Shown here: piece after piece, positions 52,051 to 61,030 of the stretch
Position numbering within the stretch: position 1 is the stretch's first letter
Layout: every line of letters begins with the position of its first letter
NCBI GenBank assembly: GCA_046481675.1
Contig: JAWOJJ010000102.1
Coordinates: forward strand, 44,094 to 108,093
Direction of reading: 5' to 3'
From: Bacteroidales bacterium
GTDB taxonomy: Bacteria; Bacteroidota; Bacteroidia; Bacteroidales; UBA10428
DNA length: 64,000 nucleotides
Program-made: the position numbers and the translations under genes
Notes under the pieces: generated by a model
Databases searched by the model: none
What the model was told of the DNA's origin: nothing
The model's input: only the letters and a program-made list of their open reading frames with translations

Positions 52051-53007
52051 ATGGAACTTTCACACCTGAATCAAATAAACTTCAACGAACTCAGGTTCGA
52101 GAAGATAGACTGTATGATAGCTGCCTGTGGAACCCAACCCAGGTGTTATGATCTTGCCGAAAAACTACATCCGGTTATTTCAAAGAAACTACTGCTGACC
52201 GACAATAAGTCGTGTAACAGCATTTTCTACGAAAACTTCATTTCTTTTGGTTTCAGGAACTTTTCCACACAGGATAATGAACCATTTGTAATCGAGAACA
52301 TCCTGAAAGAAGTTTGCCAGGTAAACAAGACACAGCTGAATCTGCTGATTGATTACTCATGCATGCCCAAAAGATGGTATGCCCTGATCATCGAATGCAT
52401 TACGAGGCATTCTTTTATAGCTCAAAGAATCAACCTTTTTTTCTCGTATACCCCAAAAATATTTGAAAGAAAGGAGGGAAAACCTGATATTGACTATTTA
52501 GGTCCAATTTTAATCAACAGGGATGTTCCAAAAGAAAAAAAACCTGTTTCCCTGATTGCTTCGCTCGATAACAGCAATTCCTCCATGATGAAGGCAATAC
52601 ATGCTGTTAACCCGCAGAAAATACTGGCCTTTGTTCCCCATTGTACGCATGATCCCGGATATTCCCGCCTGGTAATGGAAACCAATAAAAAACTACTGGA
52701 ACGCCTCGACAGCAACAGTATCATCAATTACAACGCCGATTCACCTGAAGAAATCAATTCACTGCTGACATCTTACTGCCTTGATCAGAGAATAGCATCT
52801 GAGGTGGTTATTGTTCCCCAGGGCCCGAAAACTTTTTCCATGATGTCCATGTTGCTTTCAGTTCGTTACCCCGATGTTAAGCTTTGGGAAATTATCCTTA
52901 AAGAACACAAATCAGCATCGGGACATGGAGCGCCTGCCGGAAACCAGGTATTGGTAAAAGTTTCCTTTGTGAATGATGATGATGAAGATGAAGATGATCA
53001 GGACTGA
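52051..53007 (+). CDS. hypothetical protein, two alpha/beta (Rossmann-like) halves plus poly-acidic C-terminal tail
   Basis: No family motif recognised. Strand/helix-like periodicity appears twice, with each half ending in h-h-I-x5-PK-x-[WF] (LLIDYSCMPKRWYALII; VVIVPQGPKTFSMMSML). Nine of the last 10 residues are Asp/Glu (DDDEDEDDQD). Confidence 0.6.
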   Translation: MELSHLNQINFNELRFEKIDCMIAACGTQPRCYDLAEKLHPVISKKLLLTDNKSCNSIFYENFISFGFRNFSTQDNEPFVIENILKEVCQVNKTQLNLLIDYSCMPKRWYALIIECITRHSFIAQRINLFFSYTPKIFERKEGKPDIDYLGPILINRDVPKEKKPVSLIASLDNSNSSMMKAIHAVNPQKILAFVPHCTHDPGYSRLVMETNKKLLERLDSNSIINYNADSPEEINSLLTSYCLDQRIASEVVIVPQGPKTFSMMSMLLSVRYPDVKLWEIILKEHKSASGHGAPAGNQVLVKVSFVNDDDEDEDDQD

Positions 53008-53071
53008 TCAAGGGCATTTCTATTCCGAATAATATTTTGTATATTTAGCATAGTAAGAACCATTTCTCGCT

Positions 53072-53653
53072 ATGAAAAAGCTTGAATTAGCAGATTGGGA
53101 TACTGTGCTGAAATGGTCATACAGCCTTGCAAGCAAATACGCCATTGAAAATCTGGTACCGGTTGGAGTGACCTCTGCCAGAAAATTTGATGCCTATAAA
53201 CGTGCGAAAAAGCCGTTGCCCCGCAAATTCCCCCGGATTCCCGATGAATACTTCACCAGGAAAGGTTCCTGGAAGGGCTGGAGGGATTTTTTTGGTTACC
53301 CCGAACACAGAAGATCGCGGTTTTACCTGAATTACAGAGATGCTTCCCGCGTTGCACGTGAAGCAGAAATTAAGAACTCCAAAGAATACATCGGTTGGAA
53401 AGACCGCCCGCCAAACCTTCCTTCCCGTCCCGAATATTTTTACAAGGAATGGAACGGATGGAAGGATTTCCTGGGTACTAGCTACAAAGCACCTGATCCC
53501 AGGCATTACACTAAACTTAAAGTTGCTGATGTACGCATCATCAAGCACCAGTTAAAAATGGGAATTCCCGGCTCCGTTCTGGCAAAAACCTTCAAAGTAT
53601 CTGAAATGCAGATTAGCCGTATCAAACACGGCGAAAACTGGAACGATATTTAG
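53072..53653 (+). CDS. basic DNA-binding-type protein: two integrase-repeat-like units plus C-terminal HTH
   Basis: A duplicated motif is present: PRIPDEYFTRKGSWKGWRDFFG and PSRPEYFYKEWNGWKDFLG. The C-terminus LAKTFKVSEMQISRIKHGENW looks like a helix-turn-helix. The protein is rich in Lys/Arg. Confidence 0.6.
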   Translation: MKKLELADWDTVLKWSYSLASKYAIENLVPVGVTSARKFDAYKRAKKPLPRKFPRIPDEYFTRKGSWKGWRDFFGYPEHRRSRFYLNYRDASRVAREAEIKNSKEYIGWKDRPPNLPSRPEYFYKEWNGWKDFLGTSYKAPDPRHYTKLKVADVRIIKHQLKMGIPGSVLAKTFKVSEMQISRIKHGENWNDI

Positions 53654-53748
53654 AAAATCATTATGCTGCAACAACCTGTCCGCTAAAAAATTGCTTTTCC
53701 TGTTTTTTCTTCGTAACTTGTATGGACTTACCTAAATTCCAACATTTT

Positions 53749-54018
53749 ATGACTATCTATGTAGGTAACATCAGTTACACCTTAGGTGAAGATGAAATCA
53801 GGAACATCTTCGAAGTTATGGGAAGCGTTGATTCGGTTAAACTAGTCCGCGACAAGCGAACTGGCAAATCAAAGGGCTATTGTTTCATTGAAATGCCTGA
53901 CAAAAAAGAGGCCATGGAAGCCATTAATGCCCTTGATGGCAAAGATGTAGCCGGCAGAAATCTGCGGGTTATTAAAGCGCACTCCACCAAAAAGGTTAAG
54001 GAAGAGGTGGAGGGTTGA
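53749..54018 (+). CDS. RRM-type RNA-binding protein
   Basis: RNP2 IYVGNI and RNP1 KGYCFIEM. The ATG at 53749 gives the usual roughly 90-aa bacterial RRM protein, whereas the listed start at 53722 adds 9 aa. Confidence 0.88.
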   Translation: MTIYVGNISYTLGEDEIRNIFEVMGSVDSVKLVRDKRTGKSKGYCFIEMPDKKEAMEAINALDGKDVAGRNLRVIKAHSTKKVKEEVEG

Positions 54019-54095
54019 TAAGCCGGCCTTTGGTATCTGCTTCTGATTACTCATTATGCACAGAATCGGATACCGGAAGGCTGAATACATAATTG

Positions 54096-56120
54096 TTACT
54101 CAAACCTTACAACCATTCCCGCTTCCCAGCAGCGGCCGGGTTGTATGACTGATCCGGCATCAGTATACCGGGCATTGAGGACATTTGATATCCCACAAAA
54201 CACTTGCAGTTTAAGGGTATTGTAAATTATTTTCCCGTCAACAAGCCAAAAAGGTTTGTTGACAACTGAAAAGTATCCTGAGTCGGGTTGGAAACCTATT
54301 GTTTCACCTTGCCTGTCCTGGTAACTGAAGTTCCATGACAGCGAAAGCACATTTGTCAGATTCTGCCTGATTATCATTGAAAATTTGTGTTTCAGGTTGT
54401 AATATTTCGAAACCGAATCCGGAAGTGATTTCCTGGTATCCAGGTACATATAGTGAGCAGTAAGCATGGCAATTCCTGCTTTTCGAAGCCGACCACGCGG
54501 ATATACGGTAAGATCAGAAGCAACACCCCGGGTGTTATGCCAGGTAAGATTGATGGGCCCAAACTTATTAATCTTGTAGGACCACAACCAATCCGTGATC
54601 CCCCTGCCCGAAGTGTAAAAACCTGTTAGCGAGAACTTAATGGTTTCCTTACCGAACTTCATGCCACCTTCAACTGACACCATTTTATTGGGAGCCAGAT
54701 TCAGGTTACCCTGGTTAACCGGGTCAATATAAAACAGGTCGGTAAAAGTTGGTATATGAAGCGCCCTGTTGATGCCCGAAAACAAGGTCATTTCTTCAGA
54801 TATGCGGTAACTGATATCCAGGCCCGGAATAATCGCAGGATGATCATCAAAACCGGAATTCCAGTTAACCATGATACCGGCGGTAATACCCAATTTACCA
54901 TACTGAAAGTCTTCTTCATGGAAAAGCCGGTAATTGATTCGCCCATAGTGTTTGGTATACCAGGCACTATCGGCTCCCCGTACCTGCTTTGGCCTGGCAA
55001 TTTCTTTACCGATATTGTTGCTGTAAATATGTTCATACCGGATGTCAAGTCCGGTCCATGCCGCAAATTTGTTTTGACTGTAGGTAACAATGAACTGGCC
55101 GCCAAAAGCATCCGTGAGATGAAAATTCTCATAGAACGCCGGGTTATTGCGGATCAACAGGAAGTGGTCCTTCTTTCTGCGCCAGTGAACCTGAGGCGTA
55201 ATCTTCCACTTATTTCCGGTTGAAAATTTCAAACTACCGAAATACATATCGGTTTTCTCAAATTGATCCGGAAACCGGGGAGAATAAAACCCGCCTGCTC
55301 CAAATGATTTCAGCTGCATTCCACCCTGAACATCAACTGACTTGGATTTTTGCTGAATACTTCCCCTGTAATAAAAATTATTAATCCGGTAATCTGTATT
55401 GTAATCATAACCGTCAGACTCAGAACTGCTTATTGTAAAGTAATTATTCCATGGTCCTGCCGGAATTCCGGCATGTAAATATTGCCGTTCAGAGCCATGC
55501 CTTCCCAGGTTTTTTGAAGCATATAAACTTTTGCTGTTTCCAAGCCGGGTAATGATGTTAATTGCCCCGGTAAAAGCACCTGTACCCAACACCCTGGCCG
55601 CTGAACCCTCAAGAATCTCAACTTTCTCAACAGTTCCCATATCAACAGGAAGGTCCATTCCAAAATGTCCTGTTTGCGGATCATTCATACTGACTCCGTT
55701 AATCAGTATCAGGGCATGGTCATAGGAGCCGCCCCGGATGTTCACGTCAGCCTGCACTCCCGCAGCTCCACGCTGACGGATATCGACATTGGATGCAAAT
55801 TTAAGAAGCTCCGAAATGCTTTGAATTCCCGATTGCTCAATCTCCTCGCGCTGAATGGTGGTAACAAGGCGTGATACTTCTGAAAAAACGGCCTGACTTC
55901 TCCTGCCGGTAACCTCAACTTCCTCTATCTCATGAAGGTCAATTTTTAAAACAGCTGTATCCGATTGCCCCATCATCAGCGGTGCTTTATTAACCAGGGA
56001 ATAGGCCACACACAGCACCCCTATTTTAACTACCCTGGAAAGGCTGGCAAAAAGGGAAAACTTCTTCCTGCTCCATCGCTTAAAGCAAATTGTACGGCCG
56101 GGTTTCCCAGGGTAGTTCAT
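54096..56120 (-). CDS. TonB-dependent outer-membrane receptor
   Basis: Plug-domain motifs (ISELLKFASNVDIRQRG, NIRGG, ILINGVSMND) are followed by a long beta-barrel. The start is uncertain: ATG at 56120 versus TTG at 56144. Confidence 0.85.
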   Translation of the reverse strand: MNYPGKPGRTICFKRWSRKKFSLFASLSRVVKIGVLCVAYSLVNKAPLMMGQSDTAVLKIDLHEIEEVEVTGRRSQAVFSEVSRLVTTIQREEIEQSGIQSISELLKFASNVDIRQRGAAGVQADVNIRGGSYDHALILINGVSMNDPQTGHFGMDLPVDMGTVEKVEILEGSAARVLGTGAFTGAINIITRLGNSKSLYASKNLGRHGSERQYLHAGIPAGPWNNYFTISSSESDGYDYNTDYRINNFYYRGSIQQKSKSVDVQGGMQLKSFGAGGFYSPRFPDQFEKTDMYFGSLKFSTGNKWKITPQVHWRRKKDHFLLIRNNPAFYENFHLTDAFGGQFIVTYSQNKFAAWTGLDIRYEHIYSNNIGKEIARPKQVRGADSAWYTKHYGRINYRLFHEEDFQYGKLGITAGIMVNWNSGFDDHPAIIPGLDISYRISEEMTLFSGINRALHIPTFTDLFYIDPVNQGNLNLAPNKMVSVEGGMKFGKETIKFSLTGFYTSGRGITDWLWSYKINKFGPINLTWHNTRGVASDLTVYPRGRLRKAGIAMLTAHYMYLDTRKSLPDSVSKYYNLKHKFSMIIRQNLTNVLSLSWNFSYQDRQGETIGFQPDSGYFSVVNKPFWLVDGKIIYNTLKLQVFCGISNVLNARYTDAGSVIQPGRCWEAGMVVRFE

Positions 56121-56464
56121 GAGTATTAAATTTGATGACGGCAAAAATAGAAACTAATCCCAACTTTTTTTGATGCTGTTTTAATTACCATAAAAGCAAA
56201 TGAAAAAAATAAGTTATTAACAAAACTGTTTTTTTTAATTAAAATCCTAAACACCCAAATCAGAAAATATCATCATGCATATTACTGATTATATGTATTT
56301 TAACAAAGCCTCCAAACAAAGACCCCTGGGGTAGTTCAGGTCAATCAACAAGTTCTTAATTACATACAACTTAAAATATTGAAAAAATATGATCATAAAA
56401 TTAATTTATTTACTATTTTTGTGGCGTTTAACCAATTTATCATTTACATCAAATTATTAAGAAA

Positions 56465-56644
56465 ATGAAAAAAATAGCTTATTTGTTTGTTGCTTTTGCT
56501 TTCTTTGGTGTTATTGCCCTTAGTTCATGCAAATCCAAAACTACTGAGCCTGTAGTTGAAGAAACTGTAGTTGAAGAAGTTATTGCTCCTGTTGTTGACT
56601 CAGCTGCTGCTGTTGTTGACTCAGCTGCTGCTGTTATTGAGTAA
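56465..56644 (+). CDS. small (59 aa) repeat-containing putative lipoprotein, absent from the supplied ORF track
   Basis: Translation is MKKIAYLFVAFAFFGVIALSSC|KSKTTEPVVEETVVEEVIAPVVDSAAAVVDSAAAVIE, with a signal peptide and lipobox Cys. There is a perfect 21-bp tandem duplication (56591-56611/56612-56632) and a 15-bp near-duplication (56552-56581). A terminator follows. Confidence 0.55.
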   Translation: MKKIAYLFVAFAFFGVIALSSCKSKTTEPVVEETVVEEVIAPVVDSAAAVVDSAAAVIE

Positions 56645-56692
56645 TCCTACTGATTACCAATTTCAAAGGGGAAGAAATTAAAGAAAAGTAAG

Positions 56693-56735
56693 CACCCTTC
56701 AGGTATTTAACTACCACCTGGAGGGTGTTTTTTTT
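56693..56735. terminator. intrinsic terminator (bidirectional position)
   Basis: Stem cacccttcagg (56693-703) pairs with cctggagggtg (56717-727) with one mismatch, followed by a T8 run. It lies between the small lipoprotein ORF and the end of the convergent 7TM-HD gene. Confidence 0.6.
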
Positions 56736-58875
56736 ATGGGTATGAAATGCGCACGTGATAAATATTCTGCAACCGCTTTTTGAATACATCACGAATGGTG
56801 GTTAAATCTTTATAGGTAATTTGTGCATCATTATATTGTTCATCGGTCATCTGGAAAGTAATTACGGTATCAACCAGTTTGTCAATTGTTTCTTCGGTTA
56901 TCGTTTTCAGGCTTCTGGAAGCTGCTTCAACTGAATCCGCCATCATCACAATAGCTGTTTCCTTCGACATGGGCTTGGGTCCGGGATAGGAAAACTTCTT
57001 CATATCCACGTCTGCTTCGGGATATTTGCTGAGAAACGACTTATAAAAATATTGCACTATGGTGGTTCCGTGATGTGTCCGGATGAAATCCACAATGGCC
57101 TCGGGAAGCTTGTTCCTGCGCGCCAATTCAATTCCCTTTACCACATGGTTGATGATGATGCGGGCACTCTGTTCAAACTCAAGATGGTCATGGGGATTAA
57201 CTGTATTTGTCTGATTCTCTATAAAATACATTGGTTCCTCCATTTTGCCGATATCATGATACAAGGCACCTGCCCTTACCAGCAAAGGATTTCCTCCAAC
57301 ATGAAAAACGGCATCCTCTGCCAGATTGGCAACCTGGAGGGAGTGCTGGAAAGTACCCGGGGCCAGCTCTGCCAGTTTTCTTAACAAGGGCTGGTTGGTA
57401 TCCGACAGTTCCATCAGCGTGGCATCGGAAATGAATCCAAATACCTTTTCAAACATGTAAATAAGCGGATACGACATGAGTATCAGCAGTCCATTAATAC
57501 CAAACCAACTGAAATACCTGTAATCAATTTGTGAAAGACTTCCTTCCTGAACCATACCAATACCTATATATATTACAGAATAAGCCAGTATAACCGATAA
57601 GGAGGTCACAATAAGCTTTGAACGTCTGTATGCATCTGTAAGACTAATTATAGCAACCATTCCCGCCACAACATTCAGAAAAACAAACTCAAACCCATTG
57701 GGAACAAAAAAGCCAACCAGCATTACTGTGATAACATGGATAAACAAAGCGAGACGGGAATCATAAAAGGTCTTTAATACAATGGGCAGGATGGCAAAAG
57801 GCAGCAGGTATACGCTAACCAAATTGAATTTCAAGGAAGTACTCGCAACCAGGATCATCAAAATCACAATGAGCAGGATGAACAGAACACGCACATTGCT
57901 TTCCAGTAGTTCTTTCCGGAAACTTTTCAAAAACATGTAAATAAGCAACATGGAGGAAAGCACCAGAATGAATTTTCCAACAATTACAACAAGCCGTTCT
58001 GCAGAGCCCAGGTTTCTTTCGTATTCGCTCCTGAGCGATTCCAACACCATATATTTATCATTGCTGATGTATTCACCCTTTGAGATGATCCCCTGCCCTT
58101 CCTGTATCAAACCCCTTGTAAGTGAAATGCTGTTTATCAGGCTCTTCCTGATATTAACTGATTTCACATCATCATAAACAACATTGATTGACAAATAGTT
58201 ATTTAACTCAAAACTCTCAAAAAACCGGTCGTATTTTCGTAACGGCAGATTGCCTTTTTGGGGAATACTGCTGTTCAACCGCTCCAGGGCATGCTCGTAT
58301 GCCGATTTTGGCGTATAAAGCTCAGCAACCGGCATGTTACCGGCAACATTTCCCCTGATAACGGTTACTTCATTAAAGGGCACCTTTCCGTTTACTTCTA
58401 CCGGCGCAAGATCAACTATTCCTTTGCGATATATGTCTCTCACAATATTAACCAGAAAAGTACGGTACTCTTGTTCCAACTGCCGATAAACCAGGTATTT
58501 TCTGTCATTCCGGTATACATCCCGCGAAGGTATCCGGAGCTTTGAAATGGAAAATTCCACCCACCTGGCACTGAAGTCTTCCTCCAGTTCCTCAATACGC
58601 TGCGTGGAAATCTGTGAATCGTAATTGAAAATAGGACGGAATCCGTGAAGCACTGAGTCCCTTTCATGGTTAATCTCTGCCTGTGATTTGTAAACCGGAA
58701 ATGTAAAAGGTGAGGTCAGGTCCTCATGTTTCCAGAAACCTCCCTTCTGGTACTCATACATGAATTTTCCCTCTTGGGGCAACATGTAAATGATCAGCAA
58801 CGAGGTGCTTACAAATGCCAGCAGGATTAAAATGGTGCGGAAATGATTGCGGATATGTTGCAGCAATTTCTTCAT
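56734..58875 (-). CDS. 7TM receptor with intracellular HD(HDIG) phosphohydrolase domain (PgpH-like)
   Basis: N-terminal TM helix plus a large extracytoplasmic domain, then a 7-TM block and an HD domain (HSLQVANLAE, LYHDIGK, IRTHHGT). Confidence 0.85.
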   Translation of the reverse strand: MKKLLQHIRNHFRTILILLAFVSTSLLIIYMLPQEGKFMYEYQKGGFWKHEDLTSPFTFPVYKSQAEINHERDSVLHGFRPIFNYDSQISTQRIEELEEDFSARWVEFSISKLRIPSRDVYRNDRKYLVYRQLEQEYRTFLVNIVRDIYRKGIVDLAPVEVNGKVPFNEVTVIRGNVAGNMPVAELYTPKSAYEHALERLNSSIPQKGNLPLRKYDRFFESFELNNYLSINVVYDDVKSVNIRKSLINSISLTRGLIQEGQGIISKGEYISNDKYMVLESLRSEYERNLGSAERLVVIVGKFILVLSSMLLIYMFLKSFRKELLESNVRVLFILLIVILMILVASTSLKFNLVSVYLLPFAILPIVLKTFYDSRLALFIHVITVMLVGFFVPNGFEFVFLNVVAGMVAIISLTDAYRRSKLIVTSLSVILAYSVIYIGIGMVQEGSLSQIDYRYFSWFGINGLLILMSYPLIYMFEKVFGFISDATLMELSDTNQPLLRKLAELAPGTFQHSLQVANLAEDAVFHVGGNPLLVRAGALYHDIGKMEEPMYFIENQTNTVNPHDHLEFEQSARIIINHVVKGIELARRNKLPEAIVDFIRTHHGTTIVQYFYKSFLSKYPEADVDMKKFSYPGPKPMSKETAIVMMADSVEAASRSLKTITEETIDKLVDTVITFQMTDEQYNDAQITYKDLTTIRDVFKKRLQNIYHVRISYP

Positions 58876-59187
58876 ATTTGGGATAATAACAGTACTTTGT
58901 ACCTGAGTGTGGATGAATTCTTATTTATATCGACAACAAATTAATAAAAATAATCCTTTCACAATCAATAAACAACAAATCTTTGATCCTGTTCAACCCG
59001 CGCAATGAATAAGTCAAACCGGTTGATAACTCTTGGTTTGCCAGTCGCCATGCGGCAAAAAAATGAAACAATCCTGGAAAAGGAATAACCTTTATCAGTT
59101 ACTCATCGTAAGATCATATCAGTAAACAGATTATTAAGTACTAAATATTTGATTTTTTTTATTGTTAATATCTAAAACTATATCACT

Positions 59188-59844
59188 ATGAAAAAACTGG
59201 TTTTATTGCTTGCAGTATGCCTACTTTTTGGTCTGAAAGGCTACAGTCAGTTTGCTTTTGGAGTTGCGCCGGGTTTGTCAACGAATTCAGCCTATTTTGG
59301 ATTTAAGGCTGGTAAGGTAGTACCATACATTGGTTTCCAATATGCCGGGCTTGCTATAAAGCTTGAAGAGTCTGGTGAAGCGTGGGATGATGATGAGTAT
59401 GATATCATCCCTTATTCTAATGACATAAAAATTAAAGGAAACCTATATGTACCCAATTTAGGTGTTAAGGTATTCGCTGTTGAACAGAACAAACTGAAAG
59501 CTTACTTTAATTTAAGTGTTGCTAAACCTTTTCTGAGCGCTAAATACGAAGAAGATGGCGAAGAATTTGAAGAATTGAGCGATTTAGTTAAAGAAATTAA
59601 GCTCATTGGCGGAGAATTCGGCTTTGGTGTTGAGTATTTCTTCGACAACAATTTCAGTATCGGCGGTGAATTCGGCCTCAGGTACCTTCATGCCAAATAC
59701 ACCAATTCTTATGAAGATGAAGAATACAATTACGATACCGGCACATACGAAGATGTAACTATCGAAAATACACTTAAAGCCAGCATGAGCCCCACCTATT
59801 CCAAAATTTCCCTGAACTTCTATTTTGGTGGAAAAGGTGAATAA
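59188..59844 (+). CDS. small outer-membrane beta-barrel protein
   Basis: Signal peptide, alternating-hydrophobic strands ending in aromatic residues, and a C-terminal SLNFYFGG. The predicted loops are strongly acidic. Confidence 0.65.
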   Translation: MKKLVLLLAVCLLFGLKGYSQFAFGVAPGLSTNSAYFGFKAGKVVPYIGFQYAGLAIKLEESGEAWDDDEYDIIPYSNDIKIKGNLYVPNLGVKVFAVEQNKLKAYFNLSVAKPFLSAKYEEDGEEFEELSDLVKEIKLIGGEFGFGVEYFFDNNFSIGGEFGLRYLHAKYTNSYEDEEYNYDTGTYEDVTIENTLKASMSPTYSKISLNFYFGGKGE

Positions 59845-59904
59845 ACCCTATGTAACAAATAACTGTTGTCTGAATAGCATTTTGCGATAACAGTAACCAA
59901 AAAA

Positions 59905-59937
59905 AGAAAGGCGCGAATGATCGCGCCTTTCTTTTTG
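59905..59937 (+). terminator. intrinsic terminator
   Basis: Perfect 12-bp stem agaaaggcgcga-atga-tcgcgcctttct followed by tttt. Confidence 0.8.
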
Positions 59938-60097
59938 TCCGCAGCAGATCCACCTGTAATAATCAGGTAGGTTTATTGTTGTTGTCCGGAACCGTTGTTA
60001 CTGCTACTGCCTCAATCTTGATTCTTGGTTCTTGGTTCTATAAAATAGAAAAACCGCCCTGTTATCAGAGCGGCTTTTAATTAAATATTATGCACTC

Positions 60098-60979
60098 TTA
60101 ATCATTTCTGGTGAATGTATAGGTAAAGGTCCCCCAGCCACCTTCAGCAACCGTTGGTTTTAGTGACATCTCATAAGAGCCATCGCAGGAATTAAATACA
60201 CCTGTGCCTTCATACGAGAAATTCGTATAGCCAAAAAAGTCACTTGCAAGAGCAGTTTTATCAACGGTTACCGCATAGGTTACCGGATTAATATGCATTA
60301 CCAGAGGTCCCAAATCTTCGGTTGCCCCATCCAGTTCAGCCATGCCGGCAATATAGAATGTAGTGGGGTCATCGGGATCAACCGTGATGATAACATCGCC
60401 ATCAACACTCCAGTCTTCAGAAACACAATGGTAATCTCCCTGTGCAAAATCAGGATCAAAAGGACATACAACCGGATATCTTACACTAACACTACTTCCG
60501 GGCTGATTTGAAATACTGGGATTATACGCATTATACAACGTATCGAGTCCATCAATCACGGTACCATTCTTAAGTGTGATAACTGCATAAACCCTGAAAA
60601 AATCGCCGGGATTCAACTGTTCAACACTGTCAAATTCGGGAAGTAAAGCGATCAGGTTCTCCATAGTAAAATTGACAGAGGTGGGAAAAGAGGTTATGTT
60701 TTCTCTTAATACAGCTCTATTGGTGACATCATCGTTATAAGCAACCATTATTTCCATACTTTGTGGCATATCTTCAAAAAAAAGATCCACGTTCACAGCA
60801 GCTTCAAAGTCCTCCGGGTAGAATATGTCAATCGTCTGATCAAGGTCAGTGTTTTTCTCGATTAAAGGAGCGACCCCTGTCTGGAGATCAGGAATTCTCA
60901 AATCAGGATCTTTCTGACACATCGGTAATGTTATTACCCCAACTGCCAGAATCAGTAATATTTTGATTTTGTTTTTCAT
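60098..60979 (-). CDS. hypothetical surface lipoprotein downstream of SusD (SusE/F-position accessory protein)
   Basis: Signal peptide with lipobox (TLPMC) and a beta-rich sequence. Its position immediately 3' of the susC/susD pair supports the call. Confidence 0.55.
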   Translation of the reverse strand: MKNKIKILLILAVGVITLPMCQKDPDLRIPDLQTGVAPLIEKNTDLDQTIDIFYPEDFEAAVNVDLFFEDMPQSMEIMVAYNDDVTNRAVLRENITSFPTSVNFTMENLIALLPEFDSVEQLNPGDFFRVYAVITLKNGTVIDGLDTLYNAYNPSISNQPGSSVSVRYPVVCPFDPDFAQGDYHCVSEDWSVDGDVIITVDPDDPTTFYIAGMAELDGATEDLGPLVMHINPVTYAVTVDKTALASDFFGYTNFSYEGTGVFNSCDGSYEMSLKPTVAEGGWGTFTYTFTRND

Positions 60980-61030
60980 TCGAATTGAATTTTAGTTATA
61001 AACTATACTTATTCCTGTTTTCAAATTATG

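Noticed and set aside
53072-53653. Integrase or prophage/ICE boundary
   Set aside because: Only the DNA-binding repeat and HTH are present. There is no tyrosine or serine recombinase catalytic domain, no flanking tRNA, no direct repeats that I could find, and no other phage or conjugation genes in the window.
56121-56464. Cobalamin or other riboswitch upstream of the TonB-dependent receptor
   Set aside because: The region is very AT-rich, with no conserved B12-box-like core and no GC-rich multi-stem structure visible.
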